This document shows, one piece after another, positions 1-7,486 of a stretch of DNA of 20,000 bases. Origin of the DNA: an uncultured virus (IMG/VR IMGVR_UViG_3300030116_006045). Taxonomy: Duplodnaviria; Heunggongvirae; Uroviricota; Caudoviricetes. Below the pieces are notes generated by a model. The model was given only the letters and a program-made list of their open reading frames with translations, was not told the origin of the DNA and did not search any database. Numbering within the stretch: position 1 is the stretch's first letter; every line of letters starts with the position of its first letter. The stretch covers positions 44,952 through 64,951 of the IMG/VR virus record IMGVR_UViG_3300030116_006045; one strand, given 5' to 3'. A program made the position numbers and the translations under genes.

Positions 1-60
1 TTTATCACGCGCAATAATATTAGAAGCTAATTTCTTTTTCGGCTTTGGTTCTTCGCTCAT
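1..60 (-). CDS. 5' end of an unknown ORF (MSEEPKPKKKLASNIIARDK...), truncated by window edge
   Basis: ATG at 60-58 on the minus strand, 47 nt after the terminase stop, with an open frame to position 1. Only 20 codons are visible. Confidence 0.55.
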   Translation of the reverse strand, partial: MSEEPKPKKKLASNIIARDK

Positions 61-107
61 GCCGTTCCCTAAACCGTCCCACTACCCTGCCACTTAAGAA
101 GAATCGG

Positions 108-1595
108 TCAAAAGAAGCTTACGAAACGGGTATTCCTCGGTCTACCCCTTGCTTTTTCTTTACCACCTGACCATTCACCCGCCTGAATCTTACCTGTGAT
201 CACCGGAGTTTGACGAGAAGCCCCCACTGAGAATTGATCAACAGCATGAGCTAACGCCATCACACAATCGTTGTGTTTTCCTAGATCCACAATGTCTCCA
301 CCTTTCCACACATGGGTTTCAAGCTCGTCGAGTAAAATGTTCACTGCTTGGCGCGTATGATGCTCACCATAAGGAAAAACCATTTTTTCTTGCTCAAACC
401 ACACCCTCAAACGGTTCAAAAGACCCTGTTTTAGTCCTTTGTTGCTAACTTTTGACGGTTGATAGTCGATTGTAGCCCCCATTTGGTTGATCAAAGCTTG
501 GTAAAGCTGCTGAAAACCGACTACTTCCGCTGAAACAGTCGCATTTCCGTATATTTTAGCTAATTCTACTAATTTTTCTGCTTGACGGGCTGGTGGGAAG
601 TCATTTCGCCTCCAAATGTTCACCAAATGCAGATTTCCGTCAGCTGCCTGTCTCATCACGACCATTACGCTGTAATCTTGCCCCAAACCATGCGAAGGGT
701 CGAATCCAATCACATATCTCCCTTGATGATGCTTCTCGAACTCTAATCTTGACTCCATATCGAGATTTTTACGTGTGTGTTGCCTCGGATAAGCCGCTGA
801 ATCGTCATCTACCACTTTACAGAGGTATTCTTGGGTAAAAGCCAGATCGCCCATAGCTCCACGCTGTTCCATAATGAACGCCAAGCTTCTTTGTTGAGGC
901 CAAAGAACCTGAAGCTCGACATTTGGATCTGCCCGATGTTCATCCCAATTAGGTATAGCACTCCAAACACCGCATTTCCAAGCATCATTAGGCAACATTT
1001 CGGTATGATAGAGATCAACGGCACTCATGGGCGTACCAACACAAAACAGATTTGTCCCAGGACTAAGCATAGGGGTCACTACCTTTCGTAACCAATCACG
1101 TACTACGTCCATAGGAGTATCACCCATATCTGTTAGAATATCATCAAGAGCGATACAAGCTGGGTGTTCACCACGCATAGCGGCCCCCATACCAGTTGCC
1201 TTTATCCAAGACCCATTCGTTAAGCGTAACTCAAACTTTCCACCACGTTTTTCATCAATATATTGCCTAAGCTCAGGGTGGCGTTTCAAATCTTCACGTA
1301 TTTCTGTTAGCCTATTGCTTGCTGTATCTTTACTTGCTGAAAACAACCAGCACGTAAAGGGTTTATTTCGCCACTTACTGAACAACATATGATGCAAAAG
1401 GCACACTCTGAGCGTTGTGGACTTAGAATGGTCCCTGGGCGCAATAATACACACCCGATGCACCTCAGCACCTTTTCTATCTGCATACAGATCTAACCAT
1501 TCGTGAATGTGATCCCCAAGCTCATAACCCAACCAACGGTAAAAGTAAGCCACATCGTTTTCAGATCGCTTCATTGAGAAGCCGGTTAAACTCAT
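108..1595 (-). CDS. terL: Terminase large subunit (ATPase + RNase H-like nuclease)
   Basis: Walker A-like APRDHSKST, Walker B region RGEHPACIALDD, coupling motif VGTP, FTQEYLC, nuclease motifs IGFDPSHG and HNDCVMALA. Confidence 0.95.
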   Translation of the reverse strand: MSLTGFSMKRSENDVAYFYRWLGYELGDHIHEWLDLYADRKGAEVHRVCIIAPRDHSKSTTLRVCLLHHMLFSKWRNKPFTCWLFSASKDTASNRLTEIREDLKRHPELRQYIDEKRGGKFELRLTNGSWIKATGMGAAMRGEHPACIALDDILTDMGDTPMDVVRDWLRKVVTPMLSPGTNLFCVGTPMSAVDLYHTEMLPNDAWKCGVWSAIPNWDEHRADPNVELQVLWPQQRSLAFIMEQRGAMGDLAFTQEYLCKVVDDDSAAYPRQHTRKNLDMESRLEFEKHHQGRYVIGFDPSHGLGQDYSVMVVMRQAADGNLHLVNIWRRNDFPPARQAEKLVELAKIYGNATVSAEVVGFQQLYQALINQMGATIDYQPSKVSNKGLKQGLLNRLRVWFEQEKMVFPYGEHHTRQAVNILLDELETHVWKGGDIVDLGKHNDCVMALAHAVDQFSVGASRQTPVITGKIQAGEWSGGKEKARGRPRNTRFVSFF

Positions 1596-1756
1596 CGTGG
1601 ACCCTCACTCAAGAACATTTCAAGAGTTCGGATTAACAATTGTCTATCTATGTCTCCAGATCCACGACGTAATCCAGATAAATATACTTCTAACCTGTGT
1701 TGTAGATGCCCACAGCGAACTTGAGGCAATTCAATATGTGCCACAGGTCTTTTCAT
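1592..1756 (-). CDS. Small hypothetical protein, 54 aa (MKRPVAHIELPQVRCGHLQHRLEVYLSGLRRGSGDIDRQLLIRTLEMFLSEGPR)
   Basis: Translated by hand; not in the ORF track. ATGA overlaps at both ends (upstream Zn-ribbon stop and terL start), preceded by GGTGA. Confidence 0.75.
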   Translation of the reverse strand: MKRPVAHIELPQVRCGHLQHRLEVYLSGLRRGSGDIDRQLLIRTLEMFLSEGPR

Positions 1757-1953
1757 ATCTCATCACCCATATCTGTTTTTGTCCACCACGCTTCTGCGCC
1801 ACAGTGTTCGTTACTACATATTAGCACAGTAACTAAACCATCCATGCCCATTCGAGAACCATCAGCTTCTCCAACATACACCATGCGATGACGACAGTAC
1901 CAACAGGCGAGATTGGTGCTAATCTCTGTTATTTGTATGTTGGGCGACCCCAT
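1753..1953 (-). CDS. Small zinc-ribbon protein, 66 aa
   Basis: CWYC ... CSNEHC Cys pairs, AGGAG upstream, coupled to the next ORF. Confidence 0.75.
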   Translation of the reverse strand: MGSPNIQITEISTNLACWYCRHRMVYVGEADGSRMGMDGLVTVLICSNEHCGAEAWWTKTDMGDEI

Positions 1954-2069
1954 CTGACTCTACACTCCTGACAATACGCCCTATTTCTCATGGCTTCTTG
2001 TTTGTGGCAGATGACACAGATACATGAAACATTGGGTAAAAATACCCGTGAACCACCTAACCGCGCCAT
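1929..2069 (-). CDS. Small zinc-finger protein, 46 aa (MARLGGSRVFLPNVSCICVICHKQEAMRNRAYCQECRVRWGRPTYK)
   Basis: Translated by hand. GGAGG lies just upstream of the ATG, with CVIC and CQEC pairs. First gene of the leftward unit. Confidence 0.7.
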   Translation of the reverse strand: MARLGGSRVFLPNVSCICVICHKQEAMRNRAYCQECRVRWGRPTYK

Positions 2070-2162
2070 CAGCCTCCAATATCCTGTTGATGGTTAAATT
2101 ATTTCGGTCAAAACCAAATAGATAGCGAACATTCATCAGTCATAGCATTCGTCCGAGCTATT
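2070..2162. promoter_or_regulatory. Divergent intergenic region between the leftward terminase unit and the rightward portal/structural unit
   Basis: Only switch of coding strand in the window. AT-rich tract GGTTAAATTATTT at about 2092-2104 is TATA-like for the leftward unit. Confidence 0.55.
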
Positions 2163-3575
2163 GTGGGAGTGTGGTCTGATCTTGTTGGGCGTGTGCGTCC
2201 GACCAAAAGTGCCGTGACAGCGGATATTCCTCCTACCCCAGCTGTTCTTACACCAATTGGGACGCCTCCCACATTTGCTGCTATCGCCGGACTGACCGAC
2301 ATTTTAAAGGACACAAACAAGTTACGCACCGATACTAACTACGATAACGAGTTTGATGTGTTTGATGCGATGGTTCGGCTAGATCCTGAGCTAAACGGTG
2401 CTGTTCGTTCCGTGTCTCTTACAGGAAATAACTACCACATTCACTACGATAAGGCCAAAAACACACAGATTCGAGAAGCAATTAGAGATCTCGTAGAGGA
2501 TCTGGATTTTGATGACCTTCTTATCTCCGCTATGCGCGACTTGATGGTATATGGTAACTGTATCAATAAGCTCGTCGGTCGAGCTGGAGAAGGTATAACA
2601 AAGGTTCAGTCGCTACCTGTAAAGCAAATTACCATTCTTGATGAGCGTGACCCTTACACAGTACACAAAAGCGGTATCGCAGCTACAAAAGACGACCCTA
2701 TCATGGAAGCTGTCTTCTATCGTTTCCGCGAACAGGGCATAGATGAGATGATTTTTCCAGCTGATGAAATACTACACTTCCGTATCGACTACCGTTCTAA
2801 TTGGTATCAGGATTACTTGGGACGTCAAACATACGGTGTATGGGGCGAATCTCGTTTTACTTCGCTAAAACAGGCGATTAGAGCCAAGTATAACACAATT
2901 AACAACAGAATAGCTCTTGAGGACAGCCTTACCAAGCAATACGTCCGAATAGGAAAGGAAGCAATAGAAGGCATTCCAGATCCTGAAGAGGCCAAAGATA
3001 GGCTAACTTACATTATGGACCAGGTAGGAACCTTACTTGAAGGACTTCGGGGAGATCAAATACCCATCTTACCTCATTACGTCGAGCTTAACCATATGGA
3101 TATGAACAACGCTATCCCCGATAACAGCAATTTCCTTGATAGCATCAACGCAGACATCAGTGCTGTGCTTAACGTACCGCGTGTGGCGGCAGGTCAAGAG
3201 AAGGGTAGCACCTTCGCAGCAACCTACAATGCTAACCTATGGAGTATCATGTCGATTGAACGCCTACAAAGCGTGGTAGCAGAACGCATTCATGATCTAT
3301 TCTCAAAGCACCTGGAGCTATTAGGCATACCTCACCGCAAGCGTGATCTCCCTGAACTTACTTTCCATCCTGTTGATCAGGAATCCCCACTACATAGAAT
3401 GCAAAGAGCGCAAATCGGTATCAATTCGGGAGTGATAACTGTGAATGAAGCGCGTGATATTGTCGGCCTTAGAGACATAGCTAATGGTGATGAGCGTGAG
3501 CCTAAGCAAACAACACGCCCATCGCAAGCGTTACCTCGTCAGAATGAACAGGATGGAGCTTCAGATGTCCGTTGA
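2163..3575 (+). CDS. Portal protein
   Basis: 470 aa, GTG start. Portal-like motifs MRDLMVYGN, FPADEILHFR, YGVWGES, ISAVLNVP, GVITVNEAR. Next to the terminase. Confidence 0.9.
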   Translation: MGVWSDLVGRVRPTKSAVTADIPPTPAVLTPIGTPPTFAAIAGLTDILKDTNKLRTDTNYDNEFDVFDAMVRLDPELNGAVRSVSLTGNNYHIHYDKAKNTQIREAIRDLVEDLDFDDLLISAMRDLMVYGNCINKLVGRAGEGITKVQSLPVKQITILDERDPYTVHKSGIAATKDDPIMEAVFYRFREQGIDEMIFPADEILHFRIDYRSNWYQDYLGRQTYGVWGESRFTSLKQAIRAKYNTINNRIALEDSLTKQYVRIGKEAIEGIPDPEEAKDRLTYIMDQVGTLLEGLRGDQIPILPHYVELNHMDMNNAIPDNSNFLDSINADISAVLNVPRVAAGQEKGSTFAATYNANLWSIMSIERLQSVVAERIHDLFSKHLELLGIPHRKRDLPELTFHPVDQESPLHRMQRAQIGINSGVITVNEARDIVGLRDIANGDEREPKQTTRPSQALPRQNEQDGASDVR

Positions 3576-3582
3576 TAAGTCG
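3572..3582 (+). promoter_or_regulatory. Candidate late promoter TTGATAAGTCG
   Basis: Identical 11-mer at 16155-16165. Both copies sit at a stop codon opening one of the few real intergenic gaps. Confidence 0.45.
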
Positions 3583-3632
3583 TGTGGGTGTCAGACAAGC
3601 TGCATGACTTGTCTATGGTGGAGGTTTTGGTG

Positions 3633-3980
3633 ATGGCTGATGATAAATCGTTTAACGACCGGATGGTTTCAAGAACAGTCCTTCCCGTTATTTATCTCTG
3701 GATGCTTGCCTCCGGCGCGGTCGTGGCTATGGGTATCTATGCTCCTGATGTGGTTCTCACTAATCTGGACGGCTTCATCGCACTAATCGCTATTATTGGC
3801 GGTGTGGCGGCTCCAGCTTTCAATACGCTACTTCGTATGTGGGAACAAGAACAATCAGCCGAAGGAGATGAAATACCTACTAACGCACAACATGAGCGTG
3901 ACCGTGAATCCGCAGAACATGAACACGTAATGCACATGGAAAAAACACTTGAGAAGGTATGGGGTGAAAAGGATGAGTGA
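3633..3980 (+). CDS. Small integral membrane protein with two TM helices (holin-like topology)
   Basis: Hydrophobic VLPVIYLWMLASGAVVAMGIY and GFIALIAIIGGVAAPAF, charged His/Glu C-tail. Start placed at ATG 3633 after GGAGG (track starts at 3582). Confidence 0.75.
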   Translation: MADDKSFNDRMVSRTVLPVIYLWMLASGAVVAMGIYAPDVVLTNLDGFIALIAIIGGVAAPAFNTLLRMWEQEQSAEGDEIPTNAQHERDRESAEHEHVMHMEKTLEKVWGEKDE

Positions 3981-4293
3981 TTCTTTTAAGCCAGTCGTGG
4001 ACCCACTAACAGAAAGATTCGGTAATCCAGTTCAAGACGCACATTTTCAATGGACCCAAGCTATTCACCGCGATCTGGTTAATCTTCGAGATAATCACTT
4101 AGCACACATAGCTCAGGATCTCAACGGCATAAAGTCCGATGTTAAAGATTTGAGAACTGATGTGGATGAATTAAAAGATCTAAAAGATGAGGCTATGTCC
4201 ATTGTCTCTAAGTTCGGGTGGAAGATTTTACTTATCGTGATTGCCGGTCTTGGGGGTTCAGCTGGACTTCCTATAATGATGGAGGGAATGTGA
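3973..4293 (+). CDS. Coiled-coil protein with C-terminal membrane anchor
   Basis: Heptads LNGIKSDVKDLRTDVDELKDLK followed by WKILLIVIAGLGGSAGL. ATG 3973 follows GGTGA. Confidence 0.75.
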   Translation: MSDSFKPVVDPLTERFGNPVQDAHFQWTQAIHRDLVNLRDNHLAHIAQDLNGIKSDVKDLRTDVDELKDLKDEAMSIVSKFGWKILLIVIAGLGGSAGLPIMMEGM

Positions 4294-4382
4294 TGACTTC
4301 TGATGAAGATTTAGACGCTGAGTTTTGGGCTTGGTGGGACTCTTTAACAGATTATGATCGAGAAATGTTGAGGGGTGTGTAA
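4293..4382 (+). CDS. Micro-ORF, 29 aa (MTSDEDLDAEFWAWWDSLTDYDREMLRGV)
   Basis: TGATG overlap upstream and TAATG overlap downstream fill the gap exactly. GGAGG precedes it. Confidence 0.6.
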   Translation: MTSDEDLDAEFWAWWDSLTDYDREMLRGV

Positions 4383-5932
4383 TGGAAGACCTTGATGAAA
4401 TCAAAGAAAGGGCAAAAGTTCTCGCTGAGGCAACAGGTCGTTCAGAAGAAGACGTTCTTGCTGACCTTCTTGATGACGGTGTGCTTAACGAATCCAACAA
4501 AGAAAGCAAGGATCTGGTTTCCCAGCTCAAAGAAGCAGCTGCACTGATCACTACCGTTCAGTCGATCAACAAGGAGGTTTCTGAAAACAAAGTGTTGAAT
4601 GGTGGCGACAACAAAACAGAAGTCGCTATCGAAACCACACTTGAAGGCGACATAGTAGATCGAGCTATCGAATCGGCACAGCGAAAAGCTGAGAATATAA
4701 AAAAACTGGTGGCGACTTTACTCCCTTTAGTGTTACTCGTCGGGGGCGGTGGTTCCCTCGAAATGTTCGGCGTAACCGACTTCGTAGGTTCAGAAGACGA
4801 TGGTGAATACTACGACGATACTTATGTTGAGATTTGGGGCTGTACTGATTGGAACGCAGATAATTATGATGAGTATGCAAACATGGATGATGGGTCTTGC
4901 TCTTACCCTGTTTATGGATGCACTAACGACGCTGCACCAAATTACAATTCCGATGCGACAGTAGATGATGGGTCGTGTGAACCTAACCCACCTCCACCTC
5001 GACCTGGCTGTACAGACCCCGAAGCTGATAACTACGATGAAGAAGCACAGCAAGATGATGGTTCGTGCGAATACCCTCCAGATCCAATACTAGGATGCAC
5101 CGATTCTGAAGCTGACAATTATGACGATGAGGCCACAGAGGACGATGGATCTTGCGAATACCCACCTGAACCCGTTTATGGCTGCACAGATGATTCAGCT
5201 AATAACTACAATCCTGAAGCAACCGAAGACGACGAATCGTGTGAATACGACCCTGAACCTGAATGTGAGGTTGAAATCCATAATCACTACCGAGGACACG
5301 TAGCAGACGATGATGAACAGGATGCTATCTTAGTAGCCTTTAGAGTTCATCCAATAGATTGTGAAGGGGAGACAATTGAAATTGATATTGATATGCACCC
5401 TCCAGGTGAAGATGATGAGGTGGACTACCATCACTACATAACTGTCAGTGGAGACAATGATACTGTCGTTTCTCATGTTTTTGATCACGTTGCTGTTGGA
5501 GTGTGGGTTCCCCGTATCACAGCGATAATTGATGATGAGCAATTAGAGCGCGTGTGGTTTTGGTCGATAGAGGTTGTAGAGCAAACGTGTGAGATTAACC
5601 TATATGGTATCAACATAGGCACTAACAACACATCTGCTGTCGTGTTTTATGATCTTGATTGTGGCACAGAACAAAACGATCTCGATGGCTACAATGTGTC
5701 TGTACAGTTCCTTGTGTATGCTGTGAACTCAACCGATGACCCCATCGAGTATAACACCTCTTTACACTATATTGAAGGCTACGAAGATGACACACAGATG
5801 CTACGCCTAAGTAATTTTACTGATGGCAATACAACACACTATGATTTCTATTGGTATGCCATATGGGAAGATGCAGATGGTGAGCAACAGTTCATCGAGC
5901 GGAAGTGGTTGAATAGGGAGCTATCCCCATGA
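4382..5932 (+). CDS. Membrane-anchored acidic protein with five GCTD...DDGSC repeats and a probable glycosylated beta-rich C-terminal region
   Basis: N-terminal helical region, one hydrophobic segment (LVATLLPLVLLVGGGG), five Cys/Asp repeats, and 8 N-x-S/T sequons in the last ~160 aa. Confidence 0.85.
   Translation: MEDLDEIKERAKVLAEATGRSEEDVLADLLDDGVLNESNKESKDLVSQLKEAAALITTVQSINKEVSENKVLNGGDNKTEVAIETTLEGDIVDRAIESAQRKAENIKKLVATLLPLVLLVGGGGSLEMFGVTDFVGSEDDGEYYDDTYVEIWGCTDWNADNYDEYANMDDGSCSYPVYGCTNDAAPNYNSDATVDDGSCEPNPPPPRPGCTDPEADNYDEEAQQDDGSCEYPPDPILGCTDSEADNYDDEATEDDGSCEYPPEPVYGCTDDSANNYNPEATEDDESCEYDPEPECEVEIHNHYRGHVADDDEQDAILVAFRVHPIDCEGETIEIDIDMHPPGEDDEVDYHHYITVSGDNDTVVSHVFDHVAVGVWVPRITAIIDDEQLERVWFWSIEVVEQTCEINLYGINIGTNNTSAVVFYDLDCGTEQNDLDGYNVSVQFLVYAVNSTDDPIEYNTSLHYIEGYEDDTQMLRLSNFTDGNTTHYDFYWYAIWEDADGEQQFIERKWLNRELSP
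4838..5248 (+). repeat. Five tandem coding repeats GCT(D/N)xxAxNYxxxAxxDD(G/E)SC
   Basis: GCTDWNADNYDEYANMDDGSC, GCTNDAAPNYNSDATVDDGSC, GCTDPEADNYDEEAQQDDGSC, GCTDSEADNYDDEATEDDGSC, GCTDDSANNYNPEATEDDESC, with Pro-rich linkers. Confidence 0.95.
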
Positions 5933-6366
5933 GCCATTATCAGCTCATGAATGAATCCGAAATCAAAGACAAAGTTAGCTCGTTTCAATGCCCTGTCGAT
6001 AAGGGCTACCCTCAGCTGGTAACACCACTAACTTACTATACTCGCGTAGATGGTGACGAAGTTCTTGCTTACTCATCCTTTTCTGATCTGGGTTCGTTCT
6101 ATTTTGTAGGCAACACCTACGTTTTACCAAAGAATAGAGGACAGGGTATCTATGGGGATCTTCTTACCAATCGCAATAACCACTTGAACGATAAGCCCAA
6201 GATTACCATTGTTAATCCCATAGAGGGTACAGACATAGATATTCTGCACAGGCAAGTCGCCAAGCAAGGAGGGGTCAAGATTAACCTATATATTCAAGTG
6301 GCGGATTTTATGTCGAAGGAGTTATACAAGGAGCTAAGTGATCTCCCCATCTATTTTTATCGGTGA
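5929..6366 (+). CDS. GNAT-family acetyltransferase-like protein
   Basis: Acetyl-CoA binding motif A pattern YVLPKNRGQGIYGDLL, 145 aa, ATGA overlap with the upstream gene. Confidence 0.7.
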   Translation: MSHYQLMNESEIKDKVSSFQCPVDKGYPQLVTPLTYYTRVDGDEVLAYSSFSDLGSFYFVGNTYVLPKNRGQGIYGDLLTNRNNHLNDKPKITIVNPIEGTDIDILHRQVAKQGGVKINLYIQVADFMSKELYKELSDLPIYFYR

Positions 6367-6370
6367 TACT

Positions 6371-7459
6371 ATGCCAAATCCAAAACCAGGTGAAGAACGC
6401 GACGATTACATGCAACGCTGTATGCGTGATGGTAAGATGAACAAGCAATTCCCTGACTCGAAACAACGCTATGCTGTGTGCGTCCGATATTATGATGAAT
6501 CACCAGAGGCTTCGGAGGAAACAATGGACGCGACTGACTCATTGGGTATTGACCCTAATCACGGATATGATTTGGATTACATACGCGAAGCTGAAGCTGA
6601 CGAGCTTTGGGAATCTATTATTGAAGCATCACATGAAGGCTCAGTGGTTTTAGATGAGGCTACTGTTGAAGCCCTGCAATACGGACGACCAGGAAAGAAT
6701 GATCCACGGAAGACACCAGCTAAACCAAGTGAACGTCGCAAGGGGTCTAAGAAAAACAAACCTGGGTCTGCTAAGAAACCTAACAAATCTATTCAAGTTT
6801 CAAAAGGAACAGAATCAAGGCTTCGCAAACTCATGACTGAACACAACGCGAAAGTCAAGAAGAAAGGTAAAGGATCTAGGGCAGGTATGGGCGCACTCAA
6901 GAGTGTGTTTCGTCGCGGTGCTGGTGCTTTCAGCCGTAGCCACGCCCCAGGCATGGGACGTACAGGTTGGGGAATCGCAAGAGTCAAGGCATTCCTATAC
7001 CTTCTTCGTAATGGACGACCTTCCAACCCCAATTACAAGCAAGACAATGACTTACTTCCTAAAGGACATCCGAGAGCAAAGAAAGCTAACGTAGATGAAG
7101 ACGAGGAAGTGTCTGACTTTGTTATTCTGTCAGCATCTGCTGTATATCAAGGTAGAAAGGTCACACTAAATAAACCATTTAGAACTCCTAAAGGTCCGAA
7201 GAAGTTTTCTGTTTATGTTAAGAATGAAAAGGGTAATGTCGTAAAGGTGAACTTTGGTGATCCCAACATGGAAATAAAACGTGATGACCCCGCAAGACGC
7301 AAATCATTTCGAGCAAGACACAATTGCGATAACCCTGGCCCAAAGACAAAAGCTCGTTACTGGAGCTGTAAAATGTGGGAACGATCTAAAAGTGTAAAGG
7401 ACTACACAAGTTCTGAGGATCTGGAGAATCAAATCGCAGAACTTCTTTCAGAAGATTGA
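6371..7459 (+). CDS. Multi-domain basic/acidic protein, probable internal head protein (DUF5824-like and DUF6321/DUF5754-like modules)
   Basis: ATG 6371 after GGTGA. Modules MPNPKPGE..YMQRCM..QRYAVC; LKSVFRRGAGAF..WGIARVKAFL..DNDLL; KVTLNKPFRT..VNFGDP..RRKSFRARHNC..ARYWSC. Family names are from recall, not searched. Confidence 0.75.
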   Translation: MPNPKPGEERDDYMQRCMRDGKMNKQFPDSKQRYAVCVRYYDESPEASEETMDATDSLGIDPNHGYDLDYIREAEADELWESIIEASHEGSVVLDEATVEALQYGRPGKNDPRKTPAKPSERRKGSKKNKPGSAKKPNKSIQVSKGTESRLRKLMTEHNAKVKKKGKGSRAGMGALKSVFRRGAGAFSRSHAPGMGRTGWGIARVKAFLYLLRNGRPSNPNYKQDNDLLPKGHPRAKKANVDEDEEVSDFVILSASAVYQGRKVTLNKPFRTPKGPKKFSVYVKNEKGNVVKVNFGDPNMEIKRDDPARRKSFRARHNCDNPGPKTKARYWSCKMWERSKSVKDYTSSEDLENQIAELLSED

Positions 7460-7486
7460 TGAATCAGATGGTGGCTGACACCGTTC

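Noticed and set aside
593..1891. Plus-strand ORFs overlapping terL and the mini-ORFs
   Set aside because: Antisense shadows of well-supported minus-strand genes, with no motifs or RBS.
4838..5248. Repeats as possible CRISPR array or DGR template/variable repeat
   Set aside because: The repeats are degenerate at the DNA level and conserved at the protein level. There is no constant repeat with unique spacers, no adenine-specific variation and no reverse transcriptase in the window.
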